From assembly GCA_964016885.1 (NCBI GenBank), contig OZ024760.1, positions 9,610,001-9,674,000 of the forward strand: DNA of 64,000 bases. Reading direction: 5' to 3'. The notes beneath the pieces were generated by a model. It was not told the origin of the DNA. It did not search any database and saw nothing but the letters and a program-made list of their open reading frames with translations. Below, in pieces: positions 27,431 through 43,983 of this stretch. Position 1 is the first letter of the stretch, and every line of letters starts with the position of its first letter. The DNA is from Eledone cirrhosa. Its lineage: Eukaryota. Both the position numbers and the translations under genes were made by a program.

Positions 27431-27654
27431 ATGAACAGATTTGAAGTAACATGAGAACCTTTCATTGGTTGTTTGACCTGCTAAAAAGAGAAGCCAAATC
27501 TCACTCAACTCACAAATTGACTGTTTTAAATATGGATGGAGGATAAACTGAAGAACAATCATTGATGTTCCTGGTTGGTTGGATCAGAAATACCACGTGG
27601 TTGAACAACAACAACAACACTAGATCAGAACTACAACAAAGTTAAACAACAACA

Positions 27655-30135
27655 AGGGTAGATTGTATGATGTCTGTGTGATGTGTGGTGTTACATGTGG
27701 TGAGACATGGGTAGAGAATGTAGAGGATACGTGAAGGGTAGATTGTATGATGTGTAATGTTACATGTGGTGAGACATGGGTAGAGAATGTAGAGGATACG
27801 TGAAGGGTAGATTGTATGATGTCTGTGTGATGTGTAATGTTACATGTGGTGAGACATGGGTAGAGAATGTAGAGGATACGTGAAGGGTAGATTGTATGAT
27901 GTGTGTGTGATGTGTGATGTTACATGTGGTGAGACATGGGTAGAGAATGTAGAGGATACGTGAAGGGTAGATTGTATGATGTCTGTGTGATGTGTGATGT
28001 TACATGTGGTGAGACATGGGTAGAGAATGTAGAGGAGACGTGAAGGGTAGATTGTATGATGTCTGTGTGATGTGTGGTGTTACATGTGGTGAGACATGGG
28101 TAGAGAATGTAGAGGATACGTGAAGGGTAGATTGTGTGATGTGTGATGTTACATGTGGTGAGACATGGGTAGAGAATGTAGAGGATATGTGAAGGGTGGA
28201 TTGTATGATGTCTGTGTGATGTGTGATGTGTGATGTTACATGTGGTGAGACATGGATAGAGAATGTAGAGGATACGTGAAGAGTAGATTGTATGATGTCT
28301 GTGTGATGTGTGATGTGTGATGTTACATGTGGTGAGACATGGGTAGAGAATGTAGAGGATACGTGGAGGGTAGATTGTATGATGTCTGTATGATGTGTGA
28401 TGTTACATGTGGGGAGACATGGGTAGAGAATGTAGAGGATATGTGAAGGGTAGATTGTATGATGTCTGTGTGATGTGTAATGTTACATGTGGTGAGACAT
28501 GGGTAGAGAATGTAGAGGATACGTGAAGGGTAGATTGTATGATGTCTGTGTGATGTGTGATGTGTGATGTTACATGTGGTGAGTCATGGGTAGAGAATGT
28601 AGAGGATATGTGAAGGGTAGATTGTATGATGTCTGTGTGATGTGTGATGTTACATGTGGGGAGACATGGGTAGAGAATGTAGAGGATATGTGAAGGGTAG
28701 ATTGTATGATGTCTGTGTGATGTGTGATGTTACATGTGGTGAGACATGGGTAGAGAATGTAGAGGATACGTGAAGGGTAGATTGTATGATGTCTGTGTGA
28801 TGTGTGATGTTACATGTGGTGAGTCATGGGTAGAGAATGTAGAGGATACGTGGAGGGTAGATTGTGTGATGTGTGATGTTACATGTGGTGAGACATGGGT
28901 AGAGAATGTAGAGGATACGTGGAGGGTAGATTGTGTGATGTGTGATGTTACATGTGGTGAGACATGGGTAGAGAATGTAGATGATACGTGAAGGGTAGAT
29001 TGTGTGATGTGTGATGTTACATGTGGTGAGACATGGGTAGAGAATGTAGAGGATACGTGGAGGGTAGATTGTGTGATGTGTGATGTTACATGTGGTGAGA
29101 CATGGGTAGAGAATGTAGAGGATACGTGAAGGGTAGATTGTATGATGACTGTGTGATGTGTGATGTTACATGTGGTGAGACATGGGTAGAGAATGTAGAG
29201 GATACGTGAAGGGTAGATTGTATGATGTCTGTGTGATGTGTAATGTTACATGTGGTGAGACATGGGTAGAGAATGTAGAGGATACGTGAAGGGTAGATTG
29301 TATGATGTGTGTGTGATGTGTGATGTTACATGTGGTGAGACATGGGTAGAGAATGTAGAGGATACGTGAAGGGTAGATTGTATGATGTCTGTGTGATGTG
29401 TAATGTTACATGTGGTGAGACATGGGTAGAGAATGTAGAGGATATGTGAAGGGTAGATTGTATGATGTCTGTGTGATGTGTGATGTGTGATGTTACATGT
29501 GGTGAGATATGGGTAGAGAATGTAGAGGATATGTGAAGGGTGGATTGTATGATGTCTGTGTGATGTGTGATGTTACATGTGGTGAGACATGGGTAGAGAA
29601 TGTAGAGGATACGTGAAGAGTAGATTGTATGATGTCTGTTTGATGTGTGATGTGTGATGTTACATGTGGTGAGACATGGGTAGAGAATGTAGAGGATACG
29701 TGGAGGGTAGATTGTATGATGTCTGTATGATGTGTGATGTTACATGTGGGGAGACATGGGTAGAGAATGTAGAGGATACGTGAAGGGTAGATTGTATGAT
29801 GTCTGTGTGATGTGTGATGTTACATGTGGTGAGACATGGGTAGAGAATGTAGAGGATATGTGAAGGGTAGATTGTTTGATGTCTGTGTGATGTGTGATGT
29901 TACATGTGGGGAGACATGGGTAGAGAATGTAGAGGAAACGTGAAGGGTAGATTGTATGATGTCTGTGTGATGTGTGATGTGTGATGTTACATGTGGTGAG
30001 GCATGGGTAGAGAATGTGGAGGATATGTGAAGGGTAGATTGTATGATGTCTGTGTATGTTACATGGTAGTGAGACATGGGTATTGAATGTAGAGGATACG
30101 TGAAGGGTAGATTGTATGATGTCTGTGTATGTTAC
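27655..30135 (+). repeat. ~80-bp minisatellite (69-87-bp variants, ~30 copies) derived from RTE coding sequence
   Basis: Unit translates VKGRLYDVCV..CGETWVENVED, resembling the RTE motif KGRLY.ACV...YGSETW. Confidence 0.85.
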
Positions 30136-30396
30136 ATGGGCTGTGGTGGTGTAATTTGATCTTAAGAAACTCTACTTCAGAAAGGGTTGATGAGGAGAAG
30201 CAACTGGAGAGACCCCTGTATTAGAGTAGACTCACCTAATACATATAAGCATGAGAAACCGGATATAAAACCATGATGATGTATATATCCGTCTCTCCCA
30301 GCTATTTCAAGCATTAAACGAATAAATTTCTTCCATTTACATTTTTTTTTTTTTTTATTTCTGCTTACTTTTTACATATACACACACATACATCAT

Positions 30397-30683
30397 CATT
30401 TCATTTTACGTCTGCTTTTTCCCTGCTTGCAAGGGTGGGACGGGAACTGATTCTGGCTTGATTTCTACAGCTGGATGCCCTTCCTAACACAAACCTCATT
30501 TACAGTGAGTGCTGGGTGCTTTTTTGCCGTGGCACCTCCACAACCACTACAGCTGAGTAAACTGGAGCAATGTGAAATAAAGTGTCTTGCTCAAGGAAAC
30601 AACACATCACCTGGTCTGAGAATTGAACTCACAACCTATCAATTGAAAGGCTAATGCTCTAACCACTAAGCCATGTGCTTCCA
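30397..30683 (-). mobile_element. SINE family 1 with internal deletion
   Basis: Matches 4262-4588 but lacks the atagggaccccagtccctat hairpin segment. Confidence 0.85.
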
Positions 30684-32150
30684 TATGTATATATATATAC
30701 ATATGGAAGTATATATATATATGTGTATGAACATAAATAAATAATATAATATATCAGCTCTCTTCCCTGATTGAACCCTTTTCATTTTCCTTTTCTCATA
30801 CCCACGGATATTTTTTCATTAACACACATACATACATAAATACATACATACACACATACATACACACATACATAAATACAGACATACACACATACATAAA
30901 TACATACATACACACATACATACACACATACATACACATATACATACATAAATACATACATACACACATACATACACATATACATACATAAATACATACA
31001 TACATAAATACATACATACATACATACACACATACATACACATATACATACATAAATACATACATACATACATACACATATACATACATAAATACATACA
31101 TACATAAATACATACACATATACATACATAAATACATGCATACACATATACATAAATACATGCATACACATATACATAAATACATACATACACATATACA
31201 TACATAAATACATACATACACATATACATACATAAATACATACATACACACACACATACATACACATATACATACATAAATACATACATACACACATACA
31301 TACACATATACATACATAAATACATACATACACACATACATACACATATACATACATAAATACATACATACACATACATAAATACATACATACACACATA
31401 CATACACATATACATAAATACATACATACACACATACATACACATATACATACATAAATACATACATACACACATACATACACATATACATACATAAATA
31501 CATACATACACACATACATACACATATACATACATAAATACATACATACACACATACATACACATATACATACATAAATACATACATACACATATACATA
31601 CACATATACATACATAAATACATGCATACACATATACATAAATACATACATACACATATACATACATAAATACATACATTCACACATACATACACATATG
31701 GTGGCTGCCAACTCGTTTTCGAGTACGGCCACTACTTTATATCCATGTAGGAGAACCCCTACTGATGCGCTGAGCGAGTGTGACATTTTAGTCCAGCCAG
31801 CGACTTGAAAACTCTGGTACAAACACTACACCTGTGACAATTACTGACACATAGTGCTAGGCCCATGGTACCATGTGACGACAAGTGCAGAGAGATCTCC
31901 AGATATAAAGCAATGCCTGTGCCGTGAAGCTTTTATAGTGAGCAAAGGCACTGCACAAAGCCAGTCCCACTCTCTTAACCATATACATACATAAATACAT
32001 ACATACACACATACATACACATATACATACATAAATACATACATACATACATACATACATACATACATACATACATACATACATACATGCTATACACAAG
32101 TGGAAGATAATGATATGTGTATATTTATATATATATATATATATATATAT

Positions 32151-32322
32151 TGTTATATTTAAGGAGGGTCATGTTGTTATAATATTGCCAGAAATATCTA
32201 GTAAAATACACTCACTGTGAGTGTGTTTTACTATATATTTCTCATGACCCTCCCTAAATATAACAATATCTGTTTCAACACACCATTTCACATCAAAATC
32301 CTTGCAAAAAAAAATACATCGC

Positions 32323-32371
<49 letters not shown>

Positions 32372-32542
32372 TGTTATATTTAAGGAGGGTCATGTTGTTA
32401 TAATATTGCCAGAAATATCTAGTAAAATACACTCACTGTGAGTGTGTTTTACTATATATTTCTCATGACCCTCCCTAAATATAACAATATCTGTTTCAAC
32501 ACACCATTTCACATCAAAATCCTTGCAAAAAAAATACATCGC

Positions 32543-32610
<68 letters not shown>

Positions 32611-32780
32611 GTTATATTTAAGGAGGGTCATGTTGTTATAATATTGCCAGAAATATCTAGTAAAATACACTCACTGTGAGTGTGTTTTACTATATATTTC
32701 TCATGACCCTCCCTAAATATAACAATATCTGTTTCAACACACCATTTCACATAAAAATCCTTGCAAAAAAAATACATCGC

Positions 32781-32847
<67 letters not shown>

Positions 32848-33025
32848 TGTTATATTTAAGGAGGGTCATGTTGTTATAATATTGCCAGAAATATCTAGTA
32901 AAATACACTCACTGTGAGTGTGTTTTACTATATATTTCTCATGACCCTCCCTAAATATAACAATATCTGTTTCAACACACCATTTCACATCAAAATCCTT
33001 GCAAAAAAAATACATTGCTGTGTGT
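32151..33025. repeat. Four tandem ~178-bp units separated by variable (TA)n; each begins with a ~117-bp fold-back
   Basis: TGTTATATTTAAGGAGGGTCATG ... CATGACCCTCCCTAAATATAACA; units at ~32151, 32372, 32610 and 32848. Confidence 0.9.
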
Positions 33026-33145
33026 ATATATATATATATATATATAAATATATATATATAAATATATATATATATCAACTTTTCAAATAGAAGTCGAAGT
33101 TGAAAGGTATGTCGAATCTATCTATTTATAAGACTGTTTATATTG

Positions 33146-33211
33146 TATTTTGTCTGAAGAAGGCATAACATATTTTTAATATGATATCCCTGAAATATAT
33201 ATAATGAAATA
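33146..33211 (+). ncRNA. Minimal hammerhead ribozyme (family A)
   Basis: tattttgt / CTGAAGA 33154-33160 / agg-cataacatatt..aatatgatat-ccct / GAAA 33192-33195 / tatata / TA / atgaaata. Confidence 0.7.
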
Positions 33212-33251
33212 AATATGGTTTTATAAATATAGTTTCCATTTATTTAATATC

Positions 33252-33315
<64 letters not shown>

Positions 33316-33713
33316 ATGTGTGTGTGGTAGGCGGGCAGGGGTATATGTGTGTGTCTGTGTGCATATGTCTATGTACATAGTGAATCTCATCTATTTCTCT
33401 GCTTAACTATGTAAAGAGAGCAGCTGATGGAAGGCGGTGAGGGTTAAGGGACTATCTGTCACCCGTGGGTCCTGGTATTGATGTCACATTAAAATGCAGC
33501 TCACACACAGTAAATGTTTGAGGTTAGGAAGGACAAAAATATTGAAGCTAGCTGTGAGAGACTCGGTCCTGTACTGAAACTGTCTGTGTTGGTAGTAGCT
33601 GACTATTAGAACAGGCTGTGACCACGGTGACCTGTTCAATACTTGCTAGTATGGACAGTGGACAATGATGATGAAGGTGATGATGATGGCTGATATATAC
33701 ACACATGTATATG

Positions 33714-33791
<78 letters not shown>

Positions 33792-33879
33792 TGTATGTAT
33801 GTGTATATATACATGTGTGTGTGTATGCATGTGAGTATATGTACATATACATACACATATATATATATATATATGTATG

Positions 33880-33920
<41 letters not shown>

Positions 33921-34016
33921 GTTTGTATGTATGTGTATATATACATGTGTGTGTGTATGCATGTGAGTATATGTACATACACATATATATATATATGTAT
34001 ATATATATATACATAC

Positions 34017-34049
<33 letters not shown>

Positions 34050-34224
34050 CATATATATATATATTCACATGCATATACACAGATGTATATATACACATAC
34101 ATACAAACGTATATATATACATATATATAAATATATGTATATATACTCACATGCATACACACATGCACACACATACATATATACTCACATGCAAACACAC
34201 ACACACATGTATACATACACATGC

Positions 34225-34255
<31 letters not shown>

Positions 34256-34268
34256 TATACATACACAC

Positions 34269-34303
<35 letters not shown>

Positions 34304-34476
34304 TATGTATACACATATATATATACACACACCCATGCACACACTCACACATACACATATATATGTGTTTGTGTGATGTGTTTGTGTGTGTGTGTGTGTA
34401 TGTTTGAAATGTAGTTGTCCCAATGCAAATGACCATATTAATAGTTGAGAAAATTGGGTAACACATATATATATAT

Positions 34477-34507
<31 letters not shown>

Positions 34508-34572
34508 GATTCACACAAACATGCATATATATAGACACACAAGCATACACACACACATATATATATATATAT

Positions 34573-34679
<107 letters not shown>

Positions 34680-34720
34680 TATATATATATATATATATAT
34701 AAACATATATATATATATAT

Positions 34721-34805
<85 letters not shown>

Positions 34806-34816
34806 TATATATACAC

Positions 34817-34873
<57 letters not shown>

Positions 34874-35858
34874 TACACATATATATATACACATATATAT
34901 ACACATATATACATATATATATATATATGTATCACTTGTGTATGAACTCCATCAACCTTACCCAATTTTACACTTGACAAAGTCAATTATAATGCCCCCA
35001 CCCCCCCAGCACCATGACACCACAACACCACTACCATCACCAGCAACACCACCAACACCACCACCACCACCACCACCACGACCCCCACCATCAGCAACAC
35101 CACCAACACCATGACACCATCACCACCACCCCCAGCACCACCACCACCAGCACCAGCAACAGCAACACGACACCACCACCAGCACCATGACACCACAACA
35201 CCACCACCACCACCACCACCACCAGCACCAGCAACAGCAACACGACACCACCACCAGCACCACCACCACCACCACCACAACTGTCACACGACACCACCAC
35301 CAGCACCATGACACCACAACACCACCACCAGCACCACCACCACCACCACAACTGTAACACAACACCACCACCAGCACCATGACACCACAACACCACCAGC
35401 ATCAGCACCACCACCACCACCACCACAACTGTCACACCATCACCACCACCACACCATCACCACCCACAGCATCACCAGCACCAGCACCTCTACCACCATA
35501 ACTGTCACCACCAGCACCACCACCACCACCACAACTGTCACATCAGCATCACCACCATCACCACCATCACCACCAGCACCATCACCACCATCACCACCAG
35601 CACCACCACCAGCACCACCATCACCACCATCACCACCAGCACCACACCAACATCGTCAGCACCATCACCCCCATCACCACCATCACCATCACCAGCACCA
35701 CCACCACCATCACCACCACCACCATCACCAGCACCACCATCACCACCACGACCACCATCACCACCACGACCACCACCACCACCACGACCATACCAGCACC
35801 ATCACAACAACAGTAACACCCCACCCCAGCCCTCAGCCCTCAACAATATAACAAATGC

Positions 35859-35917
<59 letters not shown>

Positions 35918-35950
35918 TATATATAATATATAAATATATATAAAACTCAC

Positions 35951-36063
35951 CTTTTCTTCTTCCTCATATTTAATCCATTTAATATGGTTGTATACTGAGA
36001 TCGTTTCATTTCATATTGTGACTTTTTCCATTTTAAATAGAGCTGCTTCCACAGAACACTCAT
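35951..36063 (-). CDS. Candidate first coding exon of an unidentified host gene
   Basis: gccATG start; open frame MSVLWKQLYLKWKKSQYEMKRSQYTTILNGLNMRKKK ends at a consensus donor AAG|GTGAGT (phase 2); non-repetitive island. No downstream exon recognised. Confidence 0.4.
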
Positions 36064-36169
36064 GGCTGAGCTCTAGTACAACAGTGTCTTCTCACAGAGA
36101 TACACTCTACCTCTCACTCTAGCTCTCCCCTTCTCTCTCACACTAGCTCTCCCACTCACTAACTATATG

Positions 36170-36201
<32 letters not shown>

Positions 36202-36279
36202 TATAGCTAGATATATATATATATATATATGTGTATATATATATGTATGTATATATATATGTATATATATATATATATA

Positions 36280-37666
36280 GCTATATCTCTCTCTAGCTAA
36301 TTCTCTAGCTATATCTCTCTAACTCTCTCTCTAGCTAGCTCTCTAGCTATATATCTCTCTAACTCTCTCTCTAGCTATATCTCTCTCTAACTCTCTCTCT
36401 AGCTATATCTCTCTCTAACTCTCTCTCTAGCTATATATCTCTCTAGCTATCTAGGTCTCTAGCTATATCTCTCTCTAGCTCTCTCTCTAGCTATATATCT
36501 CTCTAGCTCTCTCTCTAGCTATATCTCTCTCTAGCTATATATCTCTCTAGCTAGCTCTCTAGCTATATATCTCTCTAGCTAGTTCTATAGCTATATATCT
36601 CTCTAGCTAGCTCTCTAGCTATATATCTCTCTAGCTAGCTCTCTAGCTATATATCTCTCTAGCTTGCTCTCTAGCTATATCTCACTCTAACTCTCTCTCT
36701 AGCTATATCTCTCTCTAGCTCTCTAGCTATATATCTCTCTTGCTCTTTCTCTAACTATATCTCTCTCTAGCTATATCTCTCTCTAGCTTTCTCTCTAGCT
36801 ATATCTCTCTCTTGCTACATATATCTCTCTAGCTAGCTCTCGAGCTATATCTCTCTCTAACTCTCTCTCTAACTATATCTCTCTTGCTCTCTCTCTAACT
36901 ATATCTCTCTCTAGCTATATCTCTCTCTAGCTATATCTCTCTCTAGCTAGCTCTCTAGCTATATCTCTCTCTTGCTCTCTCTCTAACTATATCTCTCTCT
37001 AGCTCTCTCTCTAGCTATATCTCTCTCTAGCTATATCTCTCTAGCTCTCTCTCTAGCTATATCTCTCTCTAGCTATATCTCTCTCTAGCTATATCTCTCT
37101 CTAGCTATATATCTCTCTAGCTATATATCTCTAGCTCTCCCTCTAGCTATATCTCTCTCTAGCTATATATCTCTAGCTCTCTCTCTAGCTATATCTCTCT
37201 CTAGCTCTCTCTCTAACTATATCTCTCTCTAGCTCTCTCTCTAGCTATATCTCTCTCTAGCTATATCTCTCTAGCTCTCTCTCTAGCTATATCTCTCTCT
37301 AGCTATATATCTCTCTAGCTATATATCTCTAGCTCTCCCTCTAGCTATATCTCTCTCTAGCTATATATCTCTAGCTCTCTCTCTAGCTATATCTCTCTCT
37401 AGCTCTCTCTCTAACTATCTCTCTCTCTAGCTCTCTCTCTAGCTATATCTCTCTCTAGCTATATCTCTCTAGCTCTCTCTCTAGCTATATCTCTCTCTAG
37501 CTATATATCTCTAGCTATATCTCTCTCTAGCTCTCTCTCTAGCTATATATCTCTAGCTCTTTCTCTAGCTATATCTCTCTCTTGCTCTCTCACTCACTCA
37601 CACTCTAGCTCTTTATTTACTTCTCTAGCTCACTAGCTCTCTCTCTCGCAGGAGCTCTCTATTTCT

Positions 37667-37712
<46 letters not shown>
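36280..37712. repeat. Compound low-complexity repeat (CT)n/CTAG/(TA)
   Basis: Recurring ctagctatatctctct-type units. Confidence 0.9.
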
Positions 37713-37806
37713 CATGAGCTCTCTATCTCTAGCTTTTTCTCTGTATGTTTGGATGTATATGCATGAATATATGCATGTATGCATGTATGTAGGTATGTAT
37801 GTATAT

Positions 37807-37840
<34 letters not shown>

Positions 37841-37999
37841 TTATATATATATATGTGTGTGTGTGTGTGTATGTATATATAAATATATGTGCATATATAT
37901 ATGTGTATATATATATATATTAATATATATATATATACAATATATTATTAAATAAAAATGTTTAAGCTTGTTGAATTCCAACAAATTAAATATAACCTC

Positions 38000-39503
<1,504 letters not shown>

Positions 39504-40176
39504 ATGTGTGTGTATAAAATAATATTACATCAAAATATTTACTGGAGGTTGCAGAAAATATCAGTTTTTTTCCGACAACAATAAATTTTAGATTTTTCAT
39601 TAACTGTTGTTGTTACAGCTATTGTTGTTGTTGTTGTTGTGGTTGTTGTTGTTGTGGTGGTTGTTGTGGTGGTGGTGTTGGTGGTTGTGGTGGTGATGGT
39701 GTTGGTAGTGGTGGTGGCGGTGGTGGTGGTGGTGGTGTTGTTGTTGTTGGTGGTGGTGGTGATGGTGGTGATGATGTTGGTGGTGGTGGTGGTGTTGTTG
39801 TTGTTGTTGGTGGTGGTGTTGGTGGTGGTGGTGGTGTTGTTGTTGTTGTTGGTGGTGTTGGTTGTGTTGGTGGTGGTGATGTTGGTGGTGGTGGTGTTGG
39901 TGTTGGTGGTGGTGTTGTTGTTGTTGTTGTTGGTGGTGGTGTTGGTGGTGGTGGTGTTGTTGTTGTTGTTGTTGGTGGTGGTGGTGATGGTGGTGATGAT
40001 GTTGGTGGTGGTGGTGGGGTATCTAGAACCAGGTTACTATATCCCAGTTCTGGACCATTTATATAGAGTGTGCAGAGAAATTAGTGGGACACACATACAT
40101 TCACACTAACACATACACATACACACAAACACACACACACACACACACCAACACACACACTCACACAAACACACTA

Positions 40177-40210
<34 letters not shown>

Positions 40211-40406
40211 CCACACCCACACCAACACACACACTCACACAAACACACTAACACATACACACACACCAACACACACATACACACACATACACACAAACAC
40301 ACACACACACACACACCAACACACACACTCACACAAACACACTAACACATACACACACACCAACACACACACACACACATACACACAAACACACCAACAC
40401 ACACCA

Positions 40407-40438
<32 letters not shown>

Positions 40439-40599
40439 ACAAACACACCAACACACACACCAACACACAAATACACACACACACACCAACACACAAACAC
40501 ACACACAAACACACACACACACACACAGAATGGTAACAATTTGTTAAGAATTAGTGAGAGTATTGTGAAAGGGTGACACAAAAGAGAGAAAGATAGATA

Positions 40600-40643
<44 letters not shown>

Positions 40644-40797
40644 TAGAGAAAGATAGATAGATAAAGAGAGAGGGATAGAGAAAGAGAGAAAGGGAGAGAA
40701 CTAGGTAGGTAGATAGAAAGGCAAGGAATCAGTCAGGCAGAGAGAGAGAGAGGGAGGGAGAGAGGTGTGAATCGGATCAGTTTGTACATTGTATGGC

Positions 40798-40840
<43 letters not shown>

Positions 40841-40954
40841 AGCAGTGTTGATATTGTTGTTGTTGTTGTTGTTGTGCAAAACAAGGTTGTGGATAAATTT
40901 GAATTTTTAAGCAGCGCATTTAACATGAGAAACACCTTTGATGGTGAAATCTTG

Positions 40955-42210
40955 TTAACCCTTTAATGTTCAAACTGGCCAAAACCGGCCAGAATTCTCT
41001 AGCTCTTTCTGTTGAAACTGGCTGTAACCAGTCGCTTAAACTGACGTTAACCCTTTAGTGTTCAAACCGGCCAAAACTGGCCAGAATTCTCTAGCTCTTT
41101 CTGTTGAAACTGGCTGTAACTGCTCACTTAAACTGACGTTAACCCTTTAATGTTCAAACCGGCCAAAACCGGCCAGAATTCTCTAGCTCTTTCTGTTGAA
41201 ACTGGCTGTAACTGCTCACTTAAACTGACGTTAACCCTTTAATGTTCAAACCGGCCAAAACCGGCCAGAATTCTCTAGCTCTTTCTGTTGAAACTGGCTG
41301 TAACCAGTCGCTTAAACTGACGTTAACCCTTTAGTGTTCAAACCGGCCAAAACCGGCCAGAATTCTCTAGCTCTTTCTGTTGAAACTGGCTGTAACTGGT
41401 CGCTTAAACTGACGTTAACCCTTTAGTGTTCAAACCGGCCAAAACCGGCCAGAATTCTCTACCTCTTTCTGTTGAAACTGGCTGTAACTGGTCGCTTAAA
41501 CTGACGTTAACCCTTTAGCGTTCAAACCGGCCAAAACCGGCCAGAATTCTCTACCTCTTTCTGTTGAAACTGGCTGTAACTGGTTGCTTAAACTGACGTT
41601 AACCCTTTAGTGTTCAAACCGGCCAAAACCGGCCAGAATTCTCTACCTCTTTCTGGTGAAACTGGCTGTAACCGGTCGCTTAAACTGACGTTAACCTTTT
41701 AGAGTTCAAACCGGCCAAAACCAGCCATAATTGTCTACCTCTTTCTGTTGAAACTGGCTGTAACCAGTCGCTCAAACTGATGTTAAGGTATTGTTCTCAA
41801 AATAAATACTTTCGAAATCTCATAGATTCGATATTATGTGAGATAATTATGTGAGGTAAAGCCTTTACCATGAAAATATAATAGTATATATAGAGTAATG
41901 TGAATGTTATGTGAGATAATTATGTAAGGTAAAGCCTTTACCATGAAAATATAATAGTGTATATAGAGTAATGTGAATGTTATGTGAGATAATTATGTAA
42001 GGTAAAGTGTTTACCATGAAAATATAATAGTATATATAGAGTAATGTGAATGTTATGTGAGGTAATTATGTAAGGTAAAGCCTTTACCATGAAAATATAA
42101 TAGTATATATAGAGTAATGTGAATGTTATGTGAGATAATTATGTGAGATAAAGCCTTTACCATGAAAATATAATAGTATATATAGAGTAATGTGAATGCT
42201 AAAGGGTTAA
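40955..42210. mobile_element. piggyBac-like MITE with both ends tandemly amplified (92 bp x9; 73 bp x5)
   Basis: Begins TTAA-CCCTTTA(g/a)(t/c)gttca and ends tgaatgcTAAAGGG-TTAA at 42210; 92-bp units 40955-41782, 73-bp units 41834-42198. Confidence 0.85.
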
Positions 42211-42460
42211 ATGAACGCGATTCTTTTAGTATATGAGTAAAGTCCATATATATTTACTTTTACTTAGTTAAATATGGAATGTTACGCAGTGTTGATGTTG
42301 TTGTTGTTGTTGTTAGCAGTGTTGTTGTTGTTGTTAGCAGTGTTGATATTGTTGTTCTTGTTGTTAGCAGTGTTGATGTTGATGTTGTTGTTGTTAGCAG
42401 TGTTGTTGTTGTTGTTGTTGTTAGCAGTGTTGTTGTTGTTGTTGTTGTTGTTGTTAGCAG

Positions 42461-42494
<34 letters not shown>

Positions 42495-43022
42495 AGCAGT
42501 GTTGTTGTTGTTGTTGTTGTTGTTAGCAGTGTTGATGTTGATGTTGTTGTTGTTAGCAGTGTTGTTGTTGTTGTTAGCAGTGTTGATGTTGTTGTTGTTG
42601 TTGTTGTTGTTAGCAGTGTTGTTGTTGTTGTTGTTGTTGTTGTTAGCAGTGTTGTTGCTGTTGTTGTTGTTGTTGTTGTTAGCAGTGTTGATGTTGATGT
42701 TGTTGTTGTTAGCAGTGTTGTTGTTGTTGTTGTTGTTGTTGTTGTAGCAGTGTTGATGTTGTTGTTGTTGTTGTTGTTAGCAGTGTTGTTGTTGTTGTTG
42801 TTGTTGTTAGCAGTGTTGTTGCTGTTGTTGTTGTTGTTAGCAGTGTTGTTGTTGTTGTTGTTGTTGTTGTTAGCAGTGTTGTTGTTGTTGTTGTAGCAAT
42901 GTTGATATTGTTGTTGTTGTTGTTAGCAGTGTTGATGTTGTTGTTGTTGTTGTTCTTAGCAGTGTTGTTGTTGTTGTTGTTGTTGTTAGCAGTGTTGTTG
43001 CTGTTGTTGTTGTTGTTAGCAG

Positions 43023-43053
<31 letters not shown>

Positions 43054-43435
43054 AGCAGTGTTGTTGTTATTGTTGTTGTTGTTGTTAGCAGTGTTGATAT
43101 TGTTGATGTTGATTTGTTTGTTAAACATGAGAGCTCTGTTGGCAGTGGGTGGTGGTGGAGACCAGACAAACATTCTCTCACACTGAGCAACACAAGCCAA
43201 CACAAGCCATCACTGCGGGCATCCATAAACCTTCCAAACTCGCCGCCCAAAAGTTGTCAAGTGTTCAACAGAAATGCAGCCAGCGTTGCACTATACTGCA
43301 CTACACAGCACTGCATTTGCTGTGTTTGTGTGCATGCGGTTTAGCTCACATGTAAATTACTGCGTTGTTGATGAATCAATAAGCTGGGGAAATAGAATGA
43401 GAGGAGATGGTTGACTGGCTGGCTTGACATAGGTG

Positions 43436-43516
43436 GACAGACAGACAGACATACAGACAGACAGACATACAGACAGACAGACAGACATATATACAGACAG
43501 ACAGACAGACATATAT

Positions 43517-43567
<51 letters not shown>

Positions 43568-43672
43568 TACAGACAGACAGACAGACAGACATACAGACAG
43601 ACATATATACAGACAGACAGACATACAGACAGACAGACAGACATATATACAGACAGACAGACAGACATATAT

Positions 43673-43703
<31 letters not shown>

Positions 43704-43812
43704 TATATACAGACAGACAGACAGACAGACATACATATATACAGACAGACAGACAGACAGACAGTCACACAGACAGACAGACAGACAGACAGACATACAG
43801 ACAGACATATAT

Positions 43813-43847
<35 letters not shown>

Positions 43848-43872
43848 CATATACAGACAGACAGACATACAT

Positions 43873-43915
<43 letters not shown>

Positions 43916-43944
43916 TATATACAGACAGACAGACATACATACAT

Positions 43945-43983
<39 letters not shown>

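Noticed and set aside
19935-30135. Regular arrays as CRISPR
   Set aside because: Head-to-tail units without unique spacers, no cas genes, eukaryotic context.
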